The translations under genes were made by a program, and so were the position numbers. 32,000 nucleotides of DNA from a bacterium 336/3 (GTDB taxonomy: Bacteria; Bacteroidota; Bacteroidia; Cytophagales; Thermonemataceae), in NCBI GenBank assembly GCA_001281695.1, contig LJIE01000001.1, positions 1,098,586-1,130,585 of the forward strand, in the 5' to 3' direction. Position 1 is the stretch's first letter. Every line of letters begins with the position of its first letter. Shown here piece after piece: positions 1 to 9,449 of the stretch. A model generated the notes under the pieces. The model was not told the origin of the DNA and made no database searches. It worked only from the letters and a program-made list of their open reading frames with translations.

Positions 1-14
1 ATTATTATTTAAAG

Positions 15-1175
15 TTAATCAGTCCAACTCATAGGGTAATTTTCATCAACATATTCCAACGCTTCTTCTGTAATGAAAAGAGGTTTGAACGTGTCAATCA
101 TTACTGCATATTCATGTGTTTCTTTTGCTCCAATACTTTTTTCTACTGTTCCAGGGTGTGGACCGTGAGGCAAACCACCAGGGTGTAGGGTAAATGAACC
201 TCTATCAATACCTTTTCTACTCATAAATTCACCTTCTGCATAAAATAAAACTTCATCAGAATCTATGTTGGAATGGTTATAAGGTGCAGGAACAGAAAGA
301 GGATGGTAATCGAATAAACGAGGAACAAACGAACAAATTACAGCTCCACCACACTGGAATGTTTGATGAATAGGAGGTGGCATGTGTATTCTGCCAGTAA
401 TGGGCTCAAAATCGTAAATGGAAAATGTATAAGGATATAGAAACCCATCCCAACCAACTAAATCAAGTGGACTGTGTTCATAAACGTACTGATGAATAAA
501 ACCACCTTTTTTTATTTTTACAGTATATTCTCCTTTCTCTGTTTCTGTAACAAGTTCTTGTGGAGGATGAATATCTCTTTCGCAATAAGGAGAGTGTTCT
601 AATAACTGCCCCAATTCGTTTCTATAACGTTTTACAGTTTCTATGGGAGTCATAGATTCTGTAATGAGCATACGAACAGGCTGATTATCAAAAACTAATC
701 TGTAAATAGTAGTTCTTGGAATTACTACATAATCACCTTTTTGGAAACGAAGTCTTCCAAATTGAGAGTCTAAATATCCACTTCCATCATGGATATAAAG
801 CAATTCATCAGCTTCACCATTTTTATAATAATAATCCATTTTGCAATTTTCCAAATTGCAGATAGCAATTCTCAAATCATGGTTTGCCATTAAAATTTTA
901 CGTCCTTCTAAGAAGTCTGTTCCAGTGTTTTTAGAAATAGACGTTTTGAGATGTGTTTGTAATAAAGGCCTGTCTGTGAGCATTTTCAAAGGTACAGGGA
1001 TAGACTCCCCAACTTTTTTGATACGTGTAGGGGCATAGGTATGATATAAATTCGAATAAATGCCACTAAAACCTTTAGAACTCACAAGTTCCTCAAAATA
1101 TAAAGAGTTATCAGGTTGACGAAATTGAATATGCCTTTTGGCAGGGATTTTACCAAGTCTATAATAGTAAGCCAT
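15..1175 (-). CDS. hmgA: Homogentisate 1,2-dioxygenase (tyrosine/phenylalanine catabolism)
   Basis: Uninterrupted 386-aa ORF. The N-terminus MAYYYRLGKIPAKRHIQFRQPDNSLYFEEL and the overall length match my recollection of Bacteroidota HmgA. Recognised by eye, not searched. Confidence 0.85.
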   Translation of the reverse strand: MAYYYRLGKIPAKRHIQFRQPDNSLYFEELVSSKGFSGIYSNLYHTYAPTRIKKVGESIPVPLKMLTDRPLLQTHLKTSISKNTGTDFLEGRKILMANHDLRIAICNLENCKMDYYYKNGEADELLYIHDGSGYLDSQFGRLRFQKGDYVVIPRTTIYRLVFDNQPVRMLITESMTPIETVKRYRNELGQLLEHSPYCERDIHPPQELVTETEKGEYTVKIKKGGFIHQYVYEHSPLDLVGWDGFLYPYTFSIYDFEPITGRIHMPPPIHQTFQCGGAVICSFVPRLFDYHPLSVPAPYNHSNIDSDEVLFYAEGEFMSRKGIDRGSFTLHPGGLPHGPHPGTVEKSIGAKETHEYAVMIDTFKPLFITEEALEYVDENYPMSWTD

Positions 1176-1354
1176 AAGATTGCAAGTTTAATGAGATGTA
1201 TCTTTGGCTTTCAATTTACAAAATCTTTGTGTTGTGCAAGATAAAATTACTTATTTTCTTTTGTTTGTATAGAGCCTATTCTCTAAATCATAAGGCTTTT
1301 ATGACAAACTTTTGAATTTTAGTCAGAAATCAAAGTATTTCATAAAATTTGCAC

Positions 1355-1362
1355 TAAATTTG
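1355..1362 (+). promoter_or_regulatory. Candidate Bacteroidota -7 promoter box (TAAATTTG)
   Basis: Exact match to the established Bacteroides/Flavobacterium primary-sigma -7 consensus TAnnTTTG, 32 nt upstream of the ATG at 1394. Confidence 0.45.
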
Positions 1363-1393
1363 TTTTATACTCAAAGCAAATATATTTCTAACC

Positions 1394-2134
1394 ATGCTTT
1401 TTGATTTAACAGATATTATTTTTGAAAATAGAAATAAAATTTATGGAGCTTACAAACTCCGAAAAACATATCACAAATCACTTCTAATAGGGTTATTAAC
1501 CAATATTCCTTTTATCATAGGTTTTATTGTTTGGATAAAATGGGAAAATCCTAAAAAAGTTGAAAAAGAAGACTTACAAGAACATATTGTTTTCTTGCAA
1601 GTCAATGATGTAGAGCTCTCTGATATAGAAGATATGCCTGTTTTGGTAGAACCCCAAATGCCTCAATTGCAACAAACTAAAAATTCTGACAACGATAAAA
1701 AAGAAGAAAGCCAAGAAAAACAAGATACTCAGAAAGAAATAAACATAAAAGAAGAAACTGACCCTAAAAAAGACGAAAAGAAAACTGAAGATAAAAAGCA
1801 AGAAGAAAAAAAAGGTGAAACTAACAAAGAAAATATAGCTCCAGTGCTTTACTCAAAGGATATTTGGAGCATATACATCAAAAAAAATTTAGTTTACCCT
1901 GAGCAAGCTCTCAAAGAAAAAAAGGAGTGTAAAGTATCTGTTACAGTTGTCATTCAAGAAGATGGGAGCATTAAAGTAGAAAGAGACAGACCTATTTATG
2001 GATGCGAAGACTATTTCAATGATGAAGTAAAGAGATTGATAAAAAATGCTCCTAAATTTGTACCTCCTACCAATCAAGAAGGGCAACCTCAACGAAAGAT
2101 TGCCATAGCCATAGAGTTTAACTTACCAAAGTAA
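1394..2134 (+). CDS. TonB-family energy transducer (N-terminal anchor, K/E-rich linker, TonB C-terminal domain)
   Basis: The N-terminus FENRNKIYGAYKLRKTYHKSLLIGLL followed by one TM helix is typical of Bacteroidota TonB-like proteins. A charged K/E/D/Q linker follows. The C-terminal YPEQALKEKKECKVSVTVVIQEDGSI...FVPPTNQEG resembles the TonB_C fold. Confidence 0.8.
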   Translation: MLFDLTDIIFENRNKIYGAYKLRKTYHKSLLIGLLTNIPFIIGFIVWIKWENPKKVEKEDLQEHIVFLQVNDVELSDIEDMPVLVEPQMPQLQQTKNSDNDKKEESQEKQDTQKEINIKEETDPKKDEKKTEDKKQEEKKGETNKENIAPVLYSKDIWSIYIKKNLVYPEQALKEKKECKVSVTVVIQEDGSIKVERDRPIYGCEDYFNDEVKRLIKNAPKFVPPTNQEGQPQRKIAIAIEFNLPK

Positions 2135-2176
2135 AATTTATGTTAATCCATGTAAGAAAAGTATAAAAATGTAAAA

Positions 2177-2977
2177 TTATGTCCAAACTCTTGAGATAGA
2201 AGCTCCATGAACTTTACCTGTTTTTCTATCTATTCCTGCCTGAATAAATAAACCTGAAATACTATCAGCATCTGGATATTCGTAAAAATATAAACCTGTA
2301 CTTTCACTCCAAAAAACATGTTCAATACTCAATAATTGATCACCTTTTATTTCAATAGCATATTCATCATCAGGCTTTAGGTATTTTTGAGCACCAACTC
2401 TATTCCAACCATATTCTGTCCATAAATACCACCATGTAATATCTTGTTTAGGGTATTCTAATGGCGAAAAAGCTTCACTTTTTTTATCTATGGGAAAGGA
2501 TGGTGTTCTTATAAAGCCATTGATAAAACTTGAGTTTTTGAGATAATCCATAAGAGTATCATGAATAGAATTATTGATAAGGTCTAATTCAAAAAAATCA
2601 AATTCAGGATCACCTTCATCACTAAAGTTTCTAATTGTAAAACCATTGTTCTGAAGAGCTTTGATAAACTCTTTAAATGTTGAAATATGCTGATGAAATA
2701 AGGAAGAAAGTTCAGAAACAGGTTTCAATATTGCATCAGGGTATTTAGCAACAGCTTTTGGTGGAGGAGTAGCTTTTCCATAAATAATTAAGTCCACACC
2801 ACTCATCATTTTATTATAAACTACTTTAGCTCCCAAAGCAAAGGCCATACATCGATATGTATAATAATCATCAACATCGCCAAAAAAAATGCTTTTGTCT
2901 GTTAAAAAATTGTCTAAAGGAGTTTGATTTTCTGTTAAGCTATTGAATGTATTAGCATGTTTTTTTAATGGAAGCAT
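2177..2977 (-). CDS. Hypothetical protein (possible BRCT-like N-terminal region; C-terminal W/Y-rich domain of unknown function)
   Basis: 266-aa ORF with no competing ORF on other frames. DKSIFFGDVDDYYTYRCMAFALGAKVVYNKMMSGVDLIIYGK loosely fits a BRCT pattern. No signal peptide or TM segment is seen. Confidence 0.55.
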   Translation of the reverse strand: MLPLKKHANTFNSLTENQTPLDNFLTDKSIFFGDVDDYYTYRCMAFALGAKVVYNKMMSGVDLIIYGKATPPPKAVAKYPDAILKPVSELSSLFHQHISTFKEFIKALQNNGFTIRNFSDEGDPEFDFFELDLINNSIHDTLMDYLKNSSFINGFIRTPSFPIDKKSEAFSPLEYPKQDITWWYLWTEYGWNRVGAQKYLKPDDEYAIEIKGDQLLSIEHVFWSESTGLYFYEYPDADSISGLFIQAGIDRKTGKVHGASISRVWT

Positions 2978-3004
2978 ACAATATTGTGTTTGAGTAAAAA
3001 GTAA

Positions 3005-3047
3005 ATATAAAAAAAAGAGCTTTAGAAAAATATCCTAAAGCTCTTTT
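3005..3047 (-). terminator. Rho-independent terminator downstream of the TonB-dependent receptor gene
   Basis: AAAGAGCTTTAG (3014-3025) pairs with CTAAAGCTCTTT (3035-3046). On the minus strand the hairpin is followed by a T-run, seen as an A-run at 3009-3016 on the plus strand. Confidence 0.6.
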
Positions 3048-3062
3048 TTAGTTTTTAAAATT

Positions 3063-6000
3063 TTAGAAACTATATCTCAAACCAAATTGAGCTTGCCATA
3101 CAGAACGAATACTTGTAGAATTCAAGAATTTATTAAATCCAGCTTTTGCATCTTCAATTACAACACTACCATTTGCTTCCTGACGAGCAGAAACAACTTC
3201 TATATCGCTGTTGAAACGATACAAAATGTTTCCAGTTAAATTATCATAAGAAACAGCTTGGACTGGGTTGGTTCTACCAAATTGGATAAGTCCCCAGTTT
3301 TTATTCAATAAATTTCCAACATTAATAATATCCCAAGTGATTTGTACTTGATGCTTCATTTTTTTGCTTGGAGCATTGACTGTATGAGTAAAACGTACAT
3401 CAAAACGATGATTCCAAGGAGCAACAGCACCATTACGTTCTGCAAACTGTCCTCTACGATTTTTTAAACTTTTTTCACTTTCAATAAAGCTATTGAATCC
3501 TTCCCATTGTTTGTCTGATGTAAGAGTATAAGAAGCTGTACGAATAAGCTCTCCATTAGTATTGGTAAATCCAAAACGGCTTACATCTACATCTCTTGAG
3601 TGGTTTTGGAATTGAATTTCAGATGCATTACGAGGAACATAAATTAATTCGTTGTTGTTGATACCATCTAAATTGATGTCTGTTACAGTACCACCAGAAG
3701 CAGTTGCTACTAAGAAAGAATAATTGTTACCCATTTGTCCATTATAGAACATGGCTAATTGAGAAGTACCATATTCATTCCAATTTTTTGTATAACCAAA
3801 TGCTACAATAGCTCTATGACGAACATTGAAATCACTTTCTGCAACCAATGGTGTGTTAGGGCTGTTAGCACCTGTTCTTGTTAAGTTAAAGTTAGAAGAT
3901 GAAACTGAGTTTGTCGCACTCAAAGCATCTTTAGCAATAGAATAAGTATAAGCTACATTACCAAAAAAGTTCTTAGCATTTTTACGTAATTGAGCTGTTG
4001 CACTATACTGCAAACCTGCATTCGTATTTTCAAGAACATAAACACCCGTAAAATTTGCAGGATCAATTAAACGAGGACCTTGTCCAAATGTTCCAAATAT
4101 GGGTCTATTTTCGTTATTCAATACACCTTGCTGACCAGCCAAGTTAATATTTCTAAAGTACATATCATTCAATGTTCTTGTATAAATAAACTCTGCTGTA
4201 CCTACTAAGCCCCAAGGCAATTTTTGGTCAACACCTAAACTTGTACGAAATACTTGGGGTAAACGTAAGTTAGGATTGGTAAGGTTTACAAGAGATGTTC
4301 CACCTTGAACGCCTGCTCCAGGAGGTAAATAATTAGGATTTGTTAAAATAGCATCTCTTTGAGCTTGTGTCAAACCTGTAAAAATAGCATTCAATTGTCC
4401 TTGATCTTGGATGTTTACTTGTCCAAAATCTACACCACTATTGCTATATTGGTTAGAAAGCCATACAAAAGGAGGGCGACCAGCAAAGATACCAGTACCA
4501 CCACGAACTTGTGTTTTACCATCACCTTTTACATCCCAATTGAATCCAACTCTTGGAGACCAAAGAATCTTAGGAGAGGGGGTTTCATCATTACGAATAC
4601 CAAATTGTTCTTCAAATAAAGGATTTCTGCTTACATCACCTAACATTACTGGTAAATCACCACGTACGCCTAACGTGAGGCGAAGTTTATCATTTACATT
4701 CCACTCATCCTGAATATATAAGCCAAATTGTACAGCTGCCCATTTAGCACTTTGTCTACTATCAGATGTTCTAGAATAATTCTTTAAATAACTAATAGGT
4801 ATACCAGACTCTAAACTAAAATTAGGAGCAGTAGGATCTACTTGTCCAGTTACTGGATCTCTTGGTGCAAATACAGAAGCAAATCCCCACTCACCAGCAG
4901 CAGCCTGAATAAATAAGTTGTCAAAGAAATATAATTCATTTCTTGTTCCAAATAACAAGGTATGTTTTCCTTTAAACCAAGTGAAATGGTCTGTAATTTC
5001 TACCAAATTTTGACGGAGACTATTTGCTCCTCTAATTCTGTCTAAACCTGTTACAACTGTACCAATAGTTGCATTGTTTACACGCATACTTGGAAAATCT
5101 CTACCTTCATTGTCACTCAAATCATAAATATTGGTATAACCTAATCTGAATTCATTACTCATTTTGTTGTTAAAACGGCTTTGAATTTCAAAAACAGTGG
5201 TATTAGTTGTGTTTGTGATACGATAGCCAGAACTTGGAAAAGAATAAGTTGTACTACCTCTGAAAATTTCTTGAGAAAAAGCTCTAATAAAATTATGACG
5301 GAGCGTAAGAGTGTGTTTATCACTTAAGTTAAAATCCAAACGACCAAATATTTTATTATTATTTTGGATATTATCAAATGTACTGGCAGGATCTCCAGGA
5401 TCATAGTTAAATTTCTGAATATGAATATTACGAATGTCATTTAATTCTGTAATAAGATTATTAAGAATAGCAGGATTACTTCTAGTAAAGAATGGCAACT
5501 CAAATAAGTTTGGTTCTGTACGTCTGCCAATTTCGCCATTTACAAAGAAAAATAATTTATTCTTCAAAATAGGACCACCTACTCTAAATCCATACTGGTT
5601 GTCTTTAAAATTTGTAACAGTAAGTGTTCCATCTCCAATACGTCTTCCTACTAAATCCTGATTTTTGAGAAATGTATAAACAGAACCTTCAATTTCGTTT
5701 GTACCACTACGAGTTACAGCATTTACACCACCACCAATAAAACCACTCTGACGAACATCATAAGGAGCAATAATTACCTGAATTTCTTTGATAGCATCTA
5801 AGCTAACAGGTTGAGAACCAGTTCTTCCGCCAGGTGTTCCTCTGTCATTCAAACCAAAAACGTCATTGTTTACAGCACCATCAATCATTACATTGTTGAA
5901 ACGGTTGTTTTGTCCTGCAAAGGAAAGTCCTCCATTTGCCTGAGCTGAAAACTGAGGAGTTAATCTCACAAAATCATCTAAACCTCTTGAAATAGTAGGT

Positions 6001-6452
6001 AAAGAGTTGATTTCTTCGTTGGAGATGTTAGTAGAAGCTCCTGTTCTAGAGGCATCAAATATTTTATCTTTTGTTCCAACAACCTCAATACCAGAAATTT
6101 CCTGATTGTCTTCAGCCAATGAAAAATTTAGTTTAAGGGTTTGTCCCAGTTGTAAAGAAATATTGGATTGCTTATTGGTTTTATAGCCTATCGCCTCAAT
6201 AGTGATGGTATATGGACCTCCAACTCTTACATTTGGTAGAAAATAAGCACCATTTTCGTCAGTTACTGAGCCATATTTAGTGCCTGTTGGTTCGTGAATA
6301 GCAATAACAGTAGCACCTGCAATAACTTGATTTTTAGTATCTTTTGCTGTACCTGTTACAGATGCAGTTGTTATCCCTTGCCCCTGAACATTCAAACTTG
6401 CAAATACTAAAATACATGCATAGGTTAGGTAAAGTAGAATTTTTCGATTCAT
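3063..6452 (-). CDS. TonB-dependent outer-membrane receptor with N-terminal carboxypeptidase-regulatory-like domain (1129 aa); no SusD-like partner
   Basis: Signal peptide MNRKILLYLTYACILVFASLNVQGQ. A CarboxypepD_reg-like segment follows (VTGTAKDTKNQVIAGATVIAIHEPTGTKYGSVTDENGAYFLPNVRVGGPYTITIEAIGY), then plug-like and long beta-barrel regions ending in an aromatic terminus ...QFGLRYSF. I chose the start at M43 of the track ORF because a -7 box lies inside the longer extension. Confidence 0.9.
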   Translation of the reverse strand: MNRKILLYLTYACILVFASLNVQGQGITTASVTGTAKDTKNQVIAGATVIAIHEPTGTKYGSVTDENGAYFLPNVRVGGPYTITIEAIGYKTNKQSNISLQLGQTLKLNFSLAEDNQEISGIEVVGTKDKIFDASRTGASTNISNEEINSLPTISRGLDDFVRLTPQFSAQANGGLSFAGQNNRFNNVMIDGAVNNDVFGLNDRGTPGGRTGSQPVSLDAIKEIQVIIAPYDVRQSGFIGGGVNAVTRSGTNEIEGSVYTFLKNQDLVGRRIGDGTLTVTNFKDNQYGFRVGGPILKNKLFFFVNGEIGRRTEPNLFELPFFTRSNPAILNNLITELNDIRNIHIQKFNYDPGDPASTFDNIQNNNKIFGRLDFNLSDKHTLTLRHNFIRAFSQEIFRGSTTYSFPSSGYRITNTTNTTVFEIQSRFNNKMSNEFRLGYTNIYDLSDNEGRDFPSMRVNNATIGTVVTGLDRIRGANSLRQNLVEITDHFTWFKGKHTLLFGTRNELYFFDNLFIQAAAGEWGFASVFAPRDPVTGQVDPTAPNFSLESGIPISYLKNYSRTSDSRQSAKWAAVQFGLYIQDEWNVNDKLRLTLGVRGDLPVMLGDVSRNPLFEEQFGIRNDETPSPKILWSPRVGFNWDVKGDGKTQVRGGTGIFAGRPPFVWLSNQYSNSGVDFGQVNIQDQGQLNAIFTGLTQAQRDAILTNPNYLPPGAGVQGGTSLVNLTNPNLRLPQVFRTSLGVDQKLPWGLVGTAEFIYTRTLNDMYFRNINLAGQQGVLNNENRPIFGTFGQGPRLIDPANFTGVYVLENTNAGLQYSATAQLRKNAKNFFGNVAYTYSIAKDALSATNSVSSSNFNLTRTGANSPNTPLVAESDFNVRHRAIVAFGYTKNWNEYGTSQLAMFYNGQMGNNYSFLVATASGGTVTDINLDGINNNELIYVPRNASEIQFQNHSRDVDVSRFGFTNTNGELIRTASYTLTSDKQWEGFNSFIESEKSLKNRRGQFAERNGAVAPWNHRFDVRFTHTVNAPSKKMKHQVQITWDIINVGNLLNKNWGLIQFGRTNPVQAVSYDNLTGNILYRFNSDIEVVSARQEANGSVVIEDAKAGFNKFLNSTSIRSVWQAQFGLRYSF

Positions 6453-6494
6453 AAGAATTTTAATAGAATAATTAGACATTTCTTTCCAAAAGTG

Positions 6495-6502
6495 CAAAGT
6501 TA
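6495..6502 (-). promoter_or_regulatory. Candidate -7 box for the receptor gene (TAACTTTG on the minus strand)
   Basis: Plus-strand CAAAGTTA is the reverse complement of TAnnTTTG. It lies 43 nt upstream of the ATG at 6452. Confidence 0.5.
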
Positions 6503-6624
6503 CAATATATGTACTGATTGCCAAGACTTCTTCTATTAATTTATCATTAACACTTCTCAAAAACTTTGTAAAAGACATGTAAGTTTTAAGTAAATTAAGA
6601 AAAAAATAAATAATTTTTTCTTCT

Positions 6625-6632
6625 TATCTTTG
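6625..6632 (+). promoter_or_regulatory. Candidate -7 box for the Endonuclease I gene (TATCTTTG)
   Basis: Exact TAnnTTTG match 22 nt upstream of the ATG at 6654. It overlaps the TTG used as the start in the ORF track, which argues against that upstream start. Confidence 0.55.
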
Positions 6633-6653
6633 CGACAAAAAAAAGATACCCTG

Positions 6654-9308
6654 ATGAAAAAATATTACTGCTTATGGTTGGTAGCTTTTATAAGCTTAAC
6701 CCTTCATGCCCAGATACCCGCAGGATACTATAATACTGCGACAGGTACAGGATACACCTTGAAAACACAATTATATAATATTATTAAGAATCATACAGTG
6801 GTTTCTTATGGTACATTGTATTCTTGTTATCAAGGTACCTATAATGGTAATGCAACAGATAAAAAGCCAAATGGAAAAGTTTGGGATATGTATTCGGACA
6901 TTCCAAACGGAACACCTCCTTATGAATATAATTGGAATCAAACTTGTGGCAGCTATTCAAATGAAGGTGATTGCTTTAATAGAGAACACTCCTTACCTCA
7001 GTCTTGGTTTAATTCAGCTTCACCAATGGTTTCTGATTTATTTCATGTTTATCCTACAGACGGGAAAGTCAATGGTATCAGAAGCAATTTTCCTTTTGGA
7101 ACAGTAACCAATCCTACACAAACCACCCAAAATGGGAGTAAATTGGGGCCTTGTTCATTTGCTGGTTACACAAGTACTGTGTTTGAACCAAGAGATGAAT
7201 ACAAAGGTGACTTTGCTCGTACATATTTTTATATGGCTACTCGTTATGAAGATGTAATAGCTGGTTGGCAAACTAATGGTAATGCTGATAATGTGTTTAA
7301 TGGAACATCCAATCAAGTTTTTGATACTTGGCAATTAAATTTATTATACCAATGGCATATTCAAGACCCTGTAAGTCAAAAAGAAATAGATAGAAACAAT
7401 GCTATTTACACTATCCAAAATAATAGAAACCCTTACATAGACCGTCCTGAGTGGGTAGCTACTATTTGGGGTTTTGGTCCTGTTTCTCCTGCTGTAAATT
7501 TTGCAAGTGCAACAGGCTCTATACAAGAGCCTGCTTCAGGAACAAGAACTTATTCTGTAAATATTTTAGCTAATACAACAGCCAATAACCCTTTTACTGT
7601 AAATATTTCTGTGGATGGAGCAGGTTCTACAGCAGCAACACCCAGTGATTATACTTTTTCTACGACTTCTGTAACTTTTACAGGTTCAGAAACTTCTAAA
7701 ACAATTCAGGTAACTGTAAATAGCGATGGAAATACAGAACCTGATGAAACATTGAAGTTAGTTTTATCATCACCTACCAATGGAATGGCTCTTGGAGGTA
7801 CAACAGCTCATACCATAACAATAAAAGATGTTTCTGCTACAACTTCTACCGTTGAAACTTTTGACCCTTGTACAAATCTGAATACATGGAAAGCTTTTAG
7901 TGTAACAGGTACTCAAGTATGGGCATGTACTACAAGTGGGTTTGGTGGAACAAGTGGAGCTCAAATGAATGGATTTAGTGGCTCTGCTCAAAATAATGAA
8001 GATTGGCTCATCTCACCTGCTCAAACAGTTACAGCTACATCAAAAATATCATATCGTTCAAGAGCAGATTTCTCTGGACCTGTTTTAGAATTATTTGTTT
8101 CATCAAATTACTCAGGTTCAGGAACACCTACTGCAGCTACTTGGACGAAAATAAATACAGCCACTTTTGCAATACCTTCGGGTAATTCTGCTGGAACATG
8201 GGTTTATACACAAGACCTTGATATTTCTGCTTATACAGGTGCCAATCGTTATTTTGCATTCAAATATACTTCTACTACTGGTACAAATACAGCAGCTCGT
8301 TGGACTTTAGATGATATTGGTTTTTCAGGAAATTCTGGTTCTGTGGGCATTCCTCCAGCATTAATGGCAACTGGCAGTCTTGTGAATTTTGGTAGTATTG
8401 TTGTAGGTTTGACATCTACAAATCAAAGTTTTGTAGTTTCAGGAACCAATTTAACAGGAGATGTAGCTGTAGAGGCACCTGCTAATTTTCAGGTTTCTAA
8501 AGATGGTATAACTTTTAGTAGTACTATTATATATGTGTCAGGTACAGATTTTACATTACCAACACTTACTAATAAAACTGTATATATTCGTTTTGCTCCA
8601 AACTCGGGTGTTGATGGCTCTAAAGATGGAGATGTAGCAATTAGTTCGCCATTAGCATCTACTATATATTTGACTGCTGAGGGTACAGAAACAGGTAATG
8701 GTTCTGCTCAAATACAGTTTAAAGGCATAACAAGTGATGTGGTAGAAGGTAATAATAAAATTGTATTGCTGGATATTAGCCCTGCTCCTACAAGATTAAC
8801 ATCTTTTACAGTTAAAACCAGATTTTTGGGTGGAATCTCAATGGATGATTTTACAAGTACTCCTAATTTGAACACAACAGATTCTACTTTTACGATTAAT
8901 ATCCCTATAGGAGCAACACAAAGTTCCTTCATTATCAATGCAAAACAAGATACTCAAACAGAAACAAATGAAGCTTTAGAGTTCAGAATAATAGGAACAG
9001 CAGCAGGTTTGAGTTCAGCAGGACAAATTACACATAGACTTAATTTCTTGGATACTGATGTAACTGCTATTGATGATTATATTTCTGAAAATACAGTATT
9101 ATATCCAAATCCATCCTCAGAAATGTTGTATATCAGAACACCTTTAGAGCAATATACAATCGAAATAGTTGATGTTTTGGGTAAAAAAATAGATACATTC
9201 AATACATCCAGAGAAATCAATCTGAAAAATTTTACGGAAGGGGTTTATTTTGTAAAACTCAAAACTGATGGAGGAGTTGTAACTAAAAGACTAATTATCA
9301 AAAGATAA
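6654..9308 (+). CDS. Secreted Endonuclease I family nuclease with Calx-beta-like, choice-of-anchor-J/MAM-like and Ig-like modules and a T9SS type-A C-terminal sorting domain (884 aa)
   Basis: Signal peptide MKKYYCLWLVAFISLTLHAQ. Endonuclease I family motifs are FNREHSLPQSWF, HVYPTDGKVNGIRSNFPFG, FEPRDEYKGDFARTYFYMATRY and NRNPYIDRPEW. A Calx-beta-like pattern is present (TPSDYTF...VTFTGSETSKTIQVTVNSDGNTEPDETLKLVL). The CTD reads YPNPSSEMLYIRT...GVYFVKLKTDGGVVTKRLIIKR. Confidence 0.85.
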   Translation: MKKYYCLWLVAFISLTLHAQIPAGYYNTATGTGYTLKTQLYNIIKNHTVVSYGTLYSCYQGTYNGNATDKKPNGKVWDMYSDIPNGTPPYEYNWNQTCGSYSNEGDCFNREHSLPQSWFNSASPMVSDLFHVYPTDGKVNGIRSNFPFGTVTNPTQTTQNGSKLGPCSFAGYTSTVFEPRDEYKGDFARTYFYMATRYEDVIAGWQTNGNADNVFNGTSNQVFDTWQLNLLYQWHIQDPVSQKEIDRNNAIYTIQNNRNPYIDRPEWVATIWGFGPVSPAVNFASATGSIQEPASGTRTYSVNILANTTANNPFTVNISVDGAGSTAATPSDYTFSTTSVTFTGSETSKTIQVTVNSDGNTEPDETLKLVLSSPTNGMALGGTTAHTITIKDVSATTSTVETFDPCTNLNTWKAFSVTGTQVWACTTSGFGGTSGAQMNGFSGSAQNNEDWLISPAQTVTATSKISYRSRADFSGPVLELFVSSNYSGSGTPTAATWTKINTATFAIPSGNSAGTWVYTQDLDISAYTGANRYFAFKYTSTTGTNTAARWTLDDIGFSGNSGSVGIPPALMATGSLVNFGSIVVGLTSTNQSFVVSGTNLTGDVAVEAPANFQVSKDGITFSSTIIYVSGTDFTLPTLTNKTVYIRFAPNSGVDGSKDGDVAISSPLASTIYLTAEGTETGNGSAQIQFKGITSDVVEGNNKIVLLDISPAPTRLTSFTVKTRFLGGISMDDFTSTPNLNTTDSTFTINIPIGATQSSFIINAKQDTQTETNEALEFRIIGTAAGLSSAGQITHRLNFLDTDVTAIDDYISENTVLYPNPSSEMLYIRTPLEQYTIEIVDVLGKKIDTFNTSREINLKNFTEGVYFVKLKTDGGVVTKRLIIKR

Positions 9309-9316
9309 AATTACTG

Positions 9317-9354
9317 AGCCTTGAAACCTAATTAATAAGTTTCAAGGCTTTGTT
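9317..9354 (+). terminator. Rho-independent terminator after the Endonuclease I gene
   Basis: AGCCTTGAAAC (9317-9327) pairs with GTTTCAAGGCT (9339-9349) and is followed by TTGTT. Confidence 0.6.
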
Positions 9355-9401
9355 ATGTGTTTTAATAACATACAATTAACAACTAATCCAAAAACATTTC
9401 A

Positions 9402-9409
9402 TAATTTTG
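9402..9409 (+). promoter_or_regulatory. Candidate -7 box (TAATTTTG) for the 1156-aa gene
   Basis: Exact TAnnTTTG match 41 nt upstream of the ATG at 9450. Confidence 0.5.
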
Positions 9410-9449
9410 CGAGCATTTTTACTTTAGTATTCAACAAACAAAGTTTTAT

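Noticed and set aside
1806-1814. A9 homopolymer inside the TonB-family gene (also A8-A9 runs at 1877-1884, 6637-6644 and 16500-16508) considered as phase-variation tracts
   Set aside because: Such runs are common in this AT-rich, Lys-rich sequence. The coding ones lie in an intact frame within a low-complexity linker. There is no evidence of slippage without population or strain data.
1640-1850. Purine-rich K/E/D/Q low-complexity stretch in the TonB-family gene
   Set aside because: It is an ordinary flexible periplasm-spanning linker that replaces the Pro-rich spacer of classical TonB. It is not a DNA-level repeat element.
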